Origin: Candidatus Micrarchaeia archaeon
GTDB lineage: Archaea > Micrarchaeota > Micrarchaeia > CAILAH01
Assembly (NCBI GenBank): GCA_038740245.1
Contig: JAVYLZ010000021.1
Span: forward strand, 1 to 11,383
Direction: 5' to 3'
Length of the DNA stretch: 11,383 bases
In this document: positions 1 through 7,445 of the stretch, piece after piece
How the letters are laid out: each line of letters begins with the position of its first letter
Position numbering within the stretch: position 1 is the stretch's first letter
Made by a program: the position numbers and the translations under genes
Notes under the pieces: generated by a model
Told to the model about the DNA's origin: nothing
The model's input: only the letters and a program-made list of their open reading frames with translations
Database searches by the model: none

Positions 1-755
1 CTCTCGTCAAGCACGCTTTCAACTGACTCCGTCTTGCTGATTTTCTTGGATTTCAGGCGGGAGCGGTCAAGCATATTCAGGAAATCCGTGTTGCCGCCCA
101 CGTTAAGCTGGTATGAGTTCACTATCTTTGCGCCGCGGTCCGCAAACAGGCGCATGAGCGTGCGGTGCACTATCGTCGCGCCCACCTGAGACTTGATGTC
201 ATCGCCTATGCAGGGGAGGTTCCTTGCCGCGAACTTCTTCTCCCACTCCGGGTTGCTCACTATGAACACGGGCATCGCGTTTATGAACCCAACGCCGGCA
301 TCAAGTGCGCACTGCGCATAAAACTCCGTGGCCTTCTGGCTGCCGACTGGCATATAATTCACAAGCACGTCAGCTTTGGTGCGCTTGAGCTCCTCAACCA
401 CATTTATTGGCTGCTGCGAGTCGTCAACGCAGAACGAGTCGCGCGTGAGCTCGGTGACGCCGTCAAGCACCGGCCCCTTCTTCACTATAACCCCGGTTTT
501 CGGGACATCCGCAATCTTGTAAGCGCAGTTGGGCGGCGCGTTTATCGCGTCGGCCACATCCCTGCCCACCTTCTTTGAGTTTATGTCAAACGCGGCCACT
601 ATCTCTATGTCGCTCGGGCTGTATCTCCCGATTTTCCAGTGCATAAGGCCGTAGTGCCCGTCCTCTTCCTTCCTGTGCCTGTAATACTCTATTCCTTCTA
701 TGAGCGACTTGGCGCAGTTGCCAAGGCCTGCTATTGCAACCCTAACTTTCGTCAT
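1..755 (-). CDS. ino1: myo-inositol-1-phosphate synthase (inositol-3-phosphate synthase), 3' end beyond the left edge of the window
   Basis: Absent from the ORF track because there is no stop in the window. Translated by hand from ATG at 755: MTKVRVAIAGLGNCAKSLIEGIEYY (Rossmann GxGNCA), later VAAFDIN, NYMPVGSQKATEFYAQCAL, FINAMPVFI, IGDDIKSQVGATIVHR and YQLNVGGNTDFLNMLDRSRLKSKKISKTESV, all signature motifs of prokaryotic MIPS. GGTG SD-like site at 763-766 (minus). Confidence 0.96.
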   Translation of the reverse strand, partial: MTKVRVAIAGLGNCAKSLIEGIEYYRHRKEEDGHYGLMHWKIGRYSPSDIEIVAAFDINSKKVGRDVADAINAPPNCAYKIADVPKTGVIVKKGPVLDGVTELTRDSFCVDDSQQPINVVEELKRTKADVLVNYMPVGSQKATEFYAQCALDAGVGFINAMPVFIVSNPEWEKKFAARNLPCIGDDIKSQVGATIVHRTLMRLFADRGAKIVNSYQLNVGGNTDFLNMLDRSRLKSKKISKTESVESVLDE

Positions 756-767
756 AGCGAAACACCA

Positions 768-795
768 GCACTATTTTATGCGCATTAAATAGTGC
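768..795. promoter_or_regulatory. 28-bp near-perfect palindrome, candidate transcription-factor operator
   Basis: GCACTATTTTATGCGCATTAAATAGTGC; 13 of 14 symmetric pairs are complementary (one T/T mismatch). Lies between the divergent ino1 and PadR genes. Confidence 0.7.
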
Positions 796-800
796 GCCCA

Positions 801-811
801 ATAAATATAAA
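801..811. promoter_or_regulatory. Putative bidirectional archaeal TATA box for padR (+) and ino1 (-)
   Basis: ATAAATATAAA reads AATATAAA on + about 22 nt before the padR ATG (833), and TTTATAT on - pointing towards ino1. Confidence 0.5.
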
Positions 812-832
812 CCTTGCCGCGCATATTTTCGC

Positions 833-1132
833 ATGGAAGCATTTGAGAAGCTTGAGAAGTCAACAACTACGGATAATATATGGATGTACATCCTGTCGGT
901 CCTCAACAAAAGCCCTGTGCATGCATATGCAATGCCCGACAAGATAAAGCAGAAGTTTGGGTGGAAGCCGGAGCTAATTACGCTTTACGTGGTGCTTTAC
1001 AGGATTGAGGGGGAGGGCCTCATAACGAGCGCAACAGACGGCCGCAAGAAGGTGTACAAGATTACTGAAAAGGGGAAGGCCGAGCTCAAGAGGGCCAAGG
1101 CACTGCTAAGGAAAACTGCCAACGCGCTTTAA
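833..1132 (+). CDS. PadR-family winged-helix transcriptional regulator
   Basis: 99 aa with the PadR pattern: YILSVLNKSPVHAYAM, TLYVVLYRIEGEGLI and the wing GRKKVYKITEKGKAEL. Confidence 0.92.
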   Translation: MEAFEKLEKSTTTDNIWMYILSVLNKSPVHAYAMPDKIKQKFGWKPELITLYVVLYRIEGEGLITSATDGRKKVYKITEKGKAELKRAKALLRKTANAL

Positions 1133-1156
1133 TGGAAAAAGGGAAAAATAAGGGGG
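1133..1156 (-). terminator. Oligo-T/pyrimidine-rich archaeal terminator of the lipoprotein gene
   Basis: Minus strand reads CCCCCTTATTTTTCCCTTTTTCCA directly after the TAG stop, in the convergent gap with padR. Confidence 0.5.
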
Positions 1157-2803
1157 CTATCCCGGCTCGATGGATATCCGCTTGAGGCCGCCCGAGAGCG
1201 CAAACTCAAGGCCAACAGTGTAATCCTCACCCCTGTATTCAATGGACGAGCCGTCCGTGAGCATATATGTGTCCCCGTCAAGCGTTATCTTGACTGATTC
1301 GCCGGGCACCACCTTCTTTATAGTCGCAGTTGAGTTGAACAGCGTAAAGCCCTTGTTTGCAAGGTTGAGCGACGAGCTGTTGGTGTCCAAATAGGGGAAG
1401 AACTCCGCTGTGAAGGAGTCATAATAATACTCGTCATCCCTGCACACCACGCTGTCCGTCCAGTCGGTTATCGTGCCCTCGGCGCTGTAAAACTCGCTCA
1501 CGTATGCATTGCTGGCCTCAACCACCACGTATTTTTGGGCAAGTGATGGGCCGTCTGCAAGGTTGCGCACGCGCAGCGTGCTTATGCTCTTGCCGCACAG
1601 CGTGCTGGTGCTTGAGCCGTTGGCAAGGTTGAATGTGCAAAGCTCGGAATCGCTGCGGTATTTTGATATGCCGTTGAACACGCTGAAAATCGCACCGCTT
1701 GAGCCGATGCCGTCCAGCCTGAGAATGTAGTTGCTGCCCACCTCAACGGCATCCCCTATGTGCAGGATAAACTTGTTTTCTATCTTGCTTATCTGCAGCT
1801 TTTTGTCATTGTCGTCAACCTCAATCTCGGTCTTCCTGCACGTTACCGCCCTGCACCGGCCATCAGAGCATTCCTGCCCGCTGGGGCATTCAATAATGAC
1901 CGTTGAGATTGAGGTGAGGGTGGGGCAGTAGTGCTCGCTCACAGCTGTCTCACTGTAGCACGAGTCGGTGCGGGTAATTGAGCCGTAAGTTGTTGTCCCG
2001 CGTATGCCGGGCTCGGCACCGCCGTCGTTATCATCGCAGGTGTCAAGCACGCACTCGCCACTCTTGCACGAGTATCCCGAGGCGCACGCAATCTCCTCAT
2101 ACTTCGCCTCGCCGTTCATGCAGTAATACTCCTTAACCGAGTTGCCGGAACACGAATCCTTGTATATTTTGTCAAGCACCGTAACCTCGCCGTACTTGCC
2201 GGCCTCCTTGCCGCCGTCACTGTCAGTGCAGGGGATTGGCACGCACGCGCCGTCCTTGCACATCTGCCCCTGCGGGCATGAGACGCTGCGTGAATCAAGA
2301 ACTCCGTCCTTGCACAGGTATTCGGTCACGATGTTGCCGCTACAGGTGTCCTCGTATTCCTTGCCGCTGTAAACCGCCGTGCCTGCAGCGCTTATGTTGT
2401 CGCCGCCGTCACTGTCAACGCACTTGCTCTCAACACACGCGCCGCCCTTGCACTCATACTTATACGGGCAGGCGAACACCTGCGACTTTGGCTGGCCGTT
2501 CTGGCAGAACGATTCCTTAATTTCGCCGTCAGCACACTGGTCGTAAAGCGTGGTCCCAAGCCCTACTGCCGTGCCTGAAGTGAATATGTCCTTGCCGCCG
2601 TCCGTGTCGGTGCACAGGCTCTCGCACGTGCCCTTCCCGATAACCGTGGCGCCCGCCTTCTCTGCAAGGCAGGTGTTGTTGTATGTTACGCCGTTGGTGG
2701 CACACACCGGGTCATATGCGTAGCAGGCAAGCTCGCCAACGCAGCCCCCAAGCATGAGCACTGCGAGAAGTGAGGATACAAGGATAATGTGTTGCATCTG
2801 CAT
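1157..2803 (-). CDS. Cysteine-rich surface lipoprotein: Kazal-like domain, four CxDxDGG repeats, beta-rich C-terminal domain
   Basis: 548 aa. Hydrophobic N-terminus ending in lipobox-like LGG-C21; Kazal-like CYAYDPVCATNGVTYNNTC...GKGTC (aa 27-60); four six-Cys repeats (aa 64-317); five N-x-S/T sequons. Confidence 0.85.
   Translation of the reverse strand: MQMQHIILVSSLLAVLMLGGCVGELACYAYDPVCATNGVTYNNTCLAEKAGATVIGKGTCESLCTDTDGGKDIFTSGTAVGLGTTLYDQCADGEIKESFCQNGQPKSQVFACPYKYECKGGACVESKCVDSDGGDNISAAGTAVYSGKEYEDTCSGNIVTEYLCKDGVLDSRSVSCPQGQMCKDGACVPIPCTDSDGGKEAGKYGEVTVLDKIYKDSCSGNSVKEYYCMNGEAKYEEIACASGYSCKSGECVLDTCDDNDGGAEPGIRGTTTYGSITRTDSCYSETAVSEHYCPTLTSISTVIIECPSGQECSDGRCRAVTCRKTEIEVDDNDKKLQISKIENKFILHIGDAVEVGSNYILRLDGIGSSGAIFSVFNGISKYRSDSELCTFNLANGSSTSTLCGKSISTLRVRNLADGPSLAQKYVVVEASNAYVSEFYSAEGTITDWTDSVVCRDDEYYYDSFTAEFFPYLDTNSSSLNLANKGFTLFNSTATIKKVVPGESVKITLDGDTYMLTDGSSIEYRGEDYTVGLEFALSGGLKRISIEPG
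1853..2614 (-). repeat. Four tandem ~192-bp (64-aa) diverged coding repeats
   Basis: Repeats begin at C64, C128, C192 and C256 (exact 64-aa period). Consensus C-x-D-x-D-G-G-x6-G...D-x-C-x6-E-x2-C-x11-C-x5-C-x2-G-x-C; the fourth copy has two single-residue insertions. Confidence 0.9.
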
Positions 2804-2824
2804 GTGCGTAAATCAGCGTAAAAG

Positions 2825-2832
2825 CTTATAAT
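2825..2832 (-). promoter_or_regulatory. Putative TATA box of the lipoprotein gene
   Basis: ATTATAAG on the minus strand, about 22 nt upstream of ATG 2803 (leaderless spacing). Confidence 0.4.
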
Positions 2833-2862
2833 TTGGGGGTTGTGACGTCGTGGCTTCTAATA

Positions 2863-2870
2863 TTTATAAA
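2863..2870 (+). promoter_or_regulatory. Putative TATA box of smc
   Basis: Consensus TTTATAAA, about 24 nt upstream of GTG 2894. Confidence 0.55.
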
Positions 2871-2893
2871 GAATGCCCGCCAAACCAACTAAC

Positions 2894-5800
2894 GTGGGAG
2901 CTTACATCAGGAGGCTTAAGTGCAGGAACTTCAAATCCTTCAAGCGCGCCGATATGAGCTTTATCCCTGGCTTTCAGGCCATAATGGGGCCGAACGGCAG
3001 CGGGAAAAGCAACGTATGCGATGCGATACGGTTCGCGCTTGGCGAGATGAAATTCTCGGCACTTCGTGCAAAAAGCATAAAGGACCTGATAAACAGCGAA
3101 TCAGACCATGCTGAGGTTACGCTGGAGGTCCGCACGCCCGATGGGGACATATCGGTAACCAGGAGGGTCACCAGCGACGGGAAAAGCGGCTACCGGCTGA
3201 ACGGCAAAAAGGCCAAGAGGGGCACTGTAATTGAGCTTCTCAAGAAATATGAGATTGAAAACGGCGCGCACAATGTAATTGGCCAAGGTGAGGTTCAGAG
3301 GATAGTGGAGATGAACGCCGTTGAGCGCCGCAGGATAATTGATGAGATTGCCGGTGTTGCAGAGTTTGATATCAAAAAAGACGAGGCAATGCGCGAGCTT
3401 GATGTTGTCCAGCAGCGCATCAACGATACAAAGATACTTGTAAAGGAGAAGGAGGGCTACCTTCGCGAGCTTGCGGGCGAGCGTGACAAGGCCCTAAGAT
3501 ACGAGGGCCTGCGCAAGGAAGTGCATAACCTGCGCAACAGCGTGCTGCACTATGAGATACAGCGTGCTGAAAGCGAGTATGAATCCGTAACAAAGGAGTA
3601 TGCGCTTTCCAAGGCGAAGGTTTCCGAGATTGATGAGGGCATTGCAGGGATTGACGCGCGTGTGGGTGAGCTCAACAGGAAAATCAAGGAGCTTTCAGAC
3701 AGCATCAACAAGAGCACGACGGACAACAAGGCCTACCGCGAGTATGAGGCGATGCGCACCGAGCTTGCGCTTGCAAATGCGCGCAAGGATGCGCTGATGC
3801 AGCAAAAAGTTGACATTGAGAAGCGGCTCGCAGAGGCAGACACAAAGAAAAGAGAGCTTGAGGAGCGCTTGTCCGCCTCCGGTGGCTCACTGGGCGAAAG
3901 CGAGGCGGCACTCCTTAAGCTGAAGCAGGAGTATGCTGAGGTAAAGGCGCGTGTTGACGCAGCGCGGAAGCGCGACTCAGGCCTGGCAAAGGAATCTGAA
4001 TCCCTTGGCAAGGAAATTGCCGAGCTTGAGCAGGGCATTGAAAAAAAGGATGATGAGGCGAAAGCAGCTTCCATTAAGATCTCTGAATGCGAACTGCGCA
4101 TAAAGTCAAAGAGCGAAGAGCGTGAGCGTGCGCTTGCACTTTCACAGGGCGAGGTGAGCGGTGAGCTGCAGGCAATCGCCAAGCAGCTCAGGGGGCTTGA
4201 GGAGGAGCTTGAGCGCAAGAAAAAGGAGATGGAGGACCTTTTCGTAAAGGAACGGAAATGCAACGAGAGAAACGCCGAGATTGACAAGCAGCTGCTCAAG
4301 CTCAAGGAGGAGTATTCAAGGTACAAAGGCCTTGCGGCGCAGATGCAGAGCGAGGTTGTTGTGAACTTCATACGCGAGCTGCGCGACAAGGGCGTGGTGA
4401 AGGGCATCTACGGCCCAGTGCAGGAGCTGTGCACGTTTGACCCGAAGTATGCCACTGCAATTGAGTCGGCGGTGGGCGGCAGGCGCAACTACATCATCGT
4501 TGAAAACATAGCGGCCAGTGATGAGGCCATCAAGCAGCTTCGTGCGCGCAAGATTGGAAGGGCAACTTTCCTGCCGCTTAATATGAACCTGCCAGCCGCT
4601 TCAGAAAAAACCCCGAACTTCCCGGGCGTGCTTGGCCGGCTGATTGACTTCGTGGAGTATGACCCAAAGTTCACCGTGCCAATGCAGTACGTTTTCGGGG
4701 ATACGCTTCTCATTACCGACATTGAAACTGCAAAGGATGTCGGGCTTATTGGCAAGGCGCGCCTGGTTACGCTTGAAGGTGACGTGATAGACAAGACAAG
4801 CGCGGTGACGGGCGGGTTCTTTGTATCAAGCATGCGGCTTGCCGAGCGCAAGCGGGCCGAAGAGGTGGGGCAGAAGATTGAGGCCCTGCAGATGGAGAAG
4901 GAAAGCGCGGTTGCCGAGATGTATGCGTTGCGCGACCAGGCAACCCAATTGCGGCGTGAGCGGGCCGAGATTGAGGTCCGCATAAAGTCCCTGCAGGTTG
5001 ATTCCGAGGGCCGGCTTAAGGCAGCAAAGGAGATTGAGGATGCACGTGCTCGCGCAAAGGCTATTGAGAGCGAGATTGCATCGCTTGACAAGGAAAGGCG
5101 TGCACTCGTAAATGAGTATGAAAAGCTTAAGGCAACGGTTGAGCAGCTCAAGGATAAGCTGGCGGCGGCACGCAAGCGGAAGTCCGACATTGACTTTTCG
5201 CTGTTCAACAGGCAGGACAACTCGCAGGAGCGGCTTGCGGAGCTTGCAGAGGCCATCACAAAGGCGGAATCGGAGCTTGCCGGCAGGTCCACCGAAAGCA
5301 CCCTGCTGCGGAACCAGCTCAGCGAGGTGAAGGCGGCAATATCATCTATTAAGAACGAGCTTGCGCAGAATAAGAGCGAGCAGGGGGCCCTAGAGAAAAA
5401 GATTGCATCGCTTGCTGCCGAGATTGAGGGGAAGAAAGGCGAGATTGAGAAGGCCGGCAAGAAGATACGCGAGCTTATGCAGGCGAGGGATGAAATCCAG
5501 CATGAGATTGATGCGCATTCAGAAAACAAGGGCGCGCAGCTGAAGGCCAAGGAGCGTGTGATGCAGGAGCTCGGTCGCCTTGAGGTGCGCAAGGCAACGC
5601 TTGAGCAGCGGCTTGTTGACCTGAAGGCCGAGCTTACCGACCAGCCGTTTGAGCTTGTTGAGGGCAGCATCTCAAAGCTCAAGTCCGACCTCTCGGTGAA
5701 GGAGGGCGAGCTTGCTGCAATGGGCGCCGTCAACCTGCTCGCGCCAAAGATGTACGATGAGAAGAAACAGGAATTCGACGAGATAAGCGACCGCCTGTTC

Positions 5801-6391
5801 CGCCTTGAGAAGGAGCGCGAAGCGGTTGTAAGCATGATTGACGAGGTTGAGAAACGCAAGATTGTAGTGTTCATGGAGGCGTTTGAGAAGGTAAACAGCA
5901 ACTTCCAGGCATTGTTTGCGCAGGCGTTCGGCAGCGGCAGGGCATACCTGGCACTCCAGAAGCCGCGCGAGCCGTTTGAGGGCGGCCTTGACGTGAAGCT
6001 TATCCGCAATGAATCACGTGAGGAACGCATTGAAAGCTTATCTGGCGGTGAGAAATCAGTCATTGCGCTTTTGCTTGTTTTTGCAATGCATATGTATAAA
6101 GCCTCAGCGTTCTACATACTTGATGAGGTTGAATCCGCACTTGACAAGATACGCAGCCGCCTCGTCGCAGAGCTGATTGCAAAGCTATCCCGTAAAACGC
6201 AATTCATCGTGGTATCACACAATGATACGGTAATCGCTGCTGCTGAAGCCGTGCTTGGGGTAAGCAGGGTGGGCGGCGACTCGCGCGTGGTGAGCCTTGC
6301 GCTGAACGGCAATATGCAGGCAATCCTTAAGGATAGTGGCGCCCAGCAGGAAGGGCTGGTCAGTGCTGAAGAAAAGGCCAAAAGCGGCTGA
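2894..6391 (+). CDS. smc: Chromosome segregation protein SMC (condensin ATPase subunit)
   Basis: NFKSF, Walker A GPNGSGKSN, Q-loop NVIGQGEV, two long coiled coils, central hinge (GIYGPVQELC, GRATFLPL, VTLEG...VTGG), signature LSGGEKS, Walker B/D-loop YILDEVESALD, H-loop QFIVVSHN. The ORF track starts at ATG 2873; I prefer GTG 2894 from TATA spacing and the usual SMC N-terminus. Confidence 0.97.
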   Translation: MGAYIRRLKCRNFKSFKRADMSFIPGFQAIMGPNGSGKSNVCDAIRFALGEMKFSALRAKSIKDLINSESDHAEVTLEVRTPDGDISVTRRVTSDGKSGYRLNGKKAKRGTVIELLKKYEIENGAHNVIGQGEVQRIVEMNAVERRRIIDEIAGVAEFDIKKDEAMRELDVVQQRINDTKILVKEKEGYLRELAGERDKALRYEGLRKEVHNLRNSVLHYEIQRAESEYESVTKEYALSKAKVSEIDEGIAGIDARVGELNRKIKELSDSINKSTTDNKAYREYEAMRTELALANARKDALMQQKVDIEKRLAEADTKKRELEERLSASGGSLGESEAALLKLKQEYAEVKARVDAARKRDSGLAKESESLGKEIAELEQGIEKKDDEAKAASIKISECELRIKSKSEERERALALSQGEVSGELQAIAKQLRGLEEELERKKKEMEDLFVKERKCNERNAEIDKQLLKLKEEYSRYKGLAAQMQSEVVVNFIRELRDKGVVKGIYGPVQELCTFDPKYATAIESAVGGRRNYIIVENIAASDEAIKQLRARKIGRATFLPLNMNLPAASEKTPNFPGVLGRLIDFVEYDPKFTVPMQYVFGDTLLITDIETAKDVGLIGKARLVTLEGDVIDKTSAVTGGFFVSSMRLAERKRAEEVGQKIEALQMEKESAVAEMYALRDQATQLRRERAEIEVRIKSLQVDSEGRLKAAKEIEDARARAKAIESEIASLDKERRALVNEYEKLKATVEQLKDKLAAARKRKSDIDFSLFNRQDNSQERLAELAEAITKAESELAGRSTESTLLRNQLSEVKAAISSIKNELAQNKSEQGALEKKIASLAAEIEGKKGEIEKAGKKIRELMQARDEIQHEIDAHSENKGAQLKAKERVMQELGRLEVRKATLEQRLVDLKAELTDQPFELVEGSISKLKSDLSVKEGELAAMGAVNLLAPKMYDEKKQEFDEISDRLFRLEKEREAVVSMIDEVEKRKIVVFMEAFEKVNSNFQALFAQAFGSGRAYLALQKPREPFEGGLDVKLIRNESREERIESLSGGEKSVIALLLVFAMHMYKASAFYILDEVESALDKIRSRLVAELIAKLSRKTQFIVVSHNDTVIAAAEAVLGVSRVGGDSRVVSLALNGNMQAILKDSGAQQEGLVSAEEKAKSG

Positions 6392-6408
6392 TTTGCTGTC
6401 TCAAGCGC

Positions 6409-6416
6409 TTTAATTA
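6409..6416 (+). promoter_or_regulatory. Possible TATA box of the M24 peptidase gene
   Basis: TTTAATTA about 22 nt upstream of ATG 6438. Confidence 0.35.
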
Positions 6417-6437
6417 GTTTGCGTGCAATTTGTTTGC

Positions 6438-7430
6438 ATGTCCTTGCCAACCCGCATAAGGAAGCTTATTGGGGAAACGGGCTGCGATGTGCTTATCCCA
6501 CGGTGGGAATGGCCAAGCCCAAACTTCAGCTACTTTGCAGGGTTTGATGTGGACCACGTAGCCCTTTATGTATCGCGTGCTGGGGATGCGACATTATTCA
6601 CTTCAAAAATGAATGAAGCGCAGTGTGCGCGCCTGTGCGGCAGGTGGGCTGATATCCGCGTATTTGAGAAATTCAGCGAGATACGTGAAGTGGTTGGGCG
6701 TGCAAAGTGCCTGCTTGATGCCGCATACATACCATACGCGGTTTATAGGCGGCTGCACACGCGCAGGATGCGGCCGGCGGGCAGGGAACTGCTTGCCATC
6801 AGGGAGGTTAAGGATGCCGGCGAGCTTGCGCTGATGCGCTCTGCACGTGATGCTGCGGTCTCACTCATAGGTGATGTGCACATAAACGGGAAAACTGAGC
6901 GTGAAGTGGCGCAGTCGCTTAAATTGCATGCAGTAATGAAGGGCATGGAGCCATCGTTTGGCACAATAGTTGCTTCTGGGCGCAACGCACGGTTCCCGCA
7001 CCATACGCCCGGCCGCACGCGATTACATAGCTATGCGCTTATCGATTTTGGCGTCAAAAAAAATGGCTACTGCTCGGACATAACGCGGTGCGTTGGTCGC
7101 CTTGGGCGGCTTGAGGCAAGGTATGAGGCGCTGCAGCACGCGCTTTATGAGATTGCAGATGCTGCGTATGCTGGCAGGAGGATAAGCGACTTTGCCGCTG
7201 AAGTTGACAAAAAAATCCTGCCGCGGAACGGAATACCTCCAATGCTGCACGGCATAGGCCACGGCATCGGGCTTGAGGTGCACGAGCTTCCGTGGATAAG
7301 TGCAAAGGCCAAGGGCGAGCTTAATGAGAATTCAGTAATTGCAATTGAGCCGGCAGAGTATACAAAGGGGTACGGGCTGCGGTATGAGGATATGTTTGTT
7401 GTGGGCAAAAAGCGCGCAAAGCGCATATGA
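6438..7430 (+). CDS. M24 family Xaa-Pro peptidase (prolidase/aminopeptidase P-like)
   Basis: Metal ligands D-D-H-E-E present in LIDFG, YCSDITR, HGIGHGIGLEVHE, IAIEP and RYED; also SFGTIVASGRNARFPHH and the linker IREVKDAGEL. ATG 6438 preferred over GTG 6423. Confidence 0.93.
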   Translation: MSLPTRIRKLIGETGCDVLIPRWEWPSPNFSYFAGFDVDHVALYVSRAGDATLFTSKMNEAQCARLCGRWADIRVFEKFSEIREVVGRAKCLLDAAYIPYAVYRRLHTRRMRPAGRELLAIREVKDAGELALMRSARDAAVSLIGDVHINGKTEREVAQSLKLHAVMKGMEPSFGTIVASGRNARFPHHTPGRTRLHSYALIDFGVKKNGYCSDITRCVGRLGRLEARYEALQHALYEIADAAYAGRRISDFAAEVDKKILPRNGIPPMLHGIGHGIGLEVHELPWISAKAKGELNENSVIAIEPAEYTKGYGLRYEDMFVVGKKRAKRI

Positions 7431-7445
7431 TGCTGAGGTGTGAAT

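Noticed and set aside
165..578. 137-aa plus-strand ORF
   Set aside because: Antisense shadow of ino1; the minus-strand frame carries all the MIPS motifs.
1853..2614. Periodic GCCGCCGTC-like matches as a CRISPR array or DNA repeat element
   Set aside because: They encode the DGG of in-frame protein repeats with a 192-bp period; there are no identical 25-40 bp repeats with spacers and no cas genes.
3733..6063. Long antisense ORFs (224 aa and 524 aa) inside smc
   Set aside because: Ser/Phe/Leu-rich codon-registered mirrors of a Glu/Lys-rich coiled coil. They stay open because smc rarely uses TTA/CTA/TCA codons.
6112..6150. SMC D-loop DEVESALD as a catalytic variant
   Set aside because: Glu at this position also occurs in functional SMCs (B. 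subtilis DEVEAALD), and the catalytic DE and ALD residues are intact.
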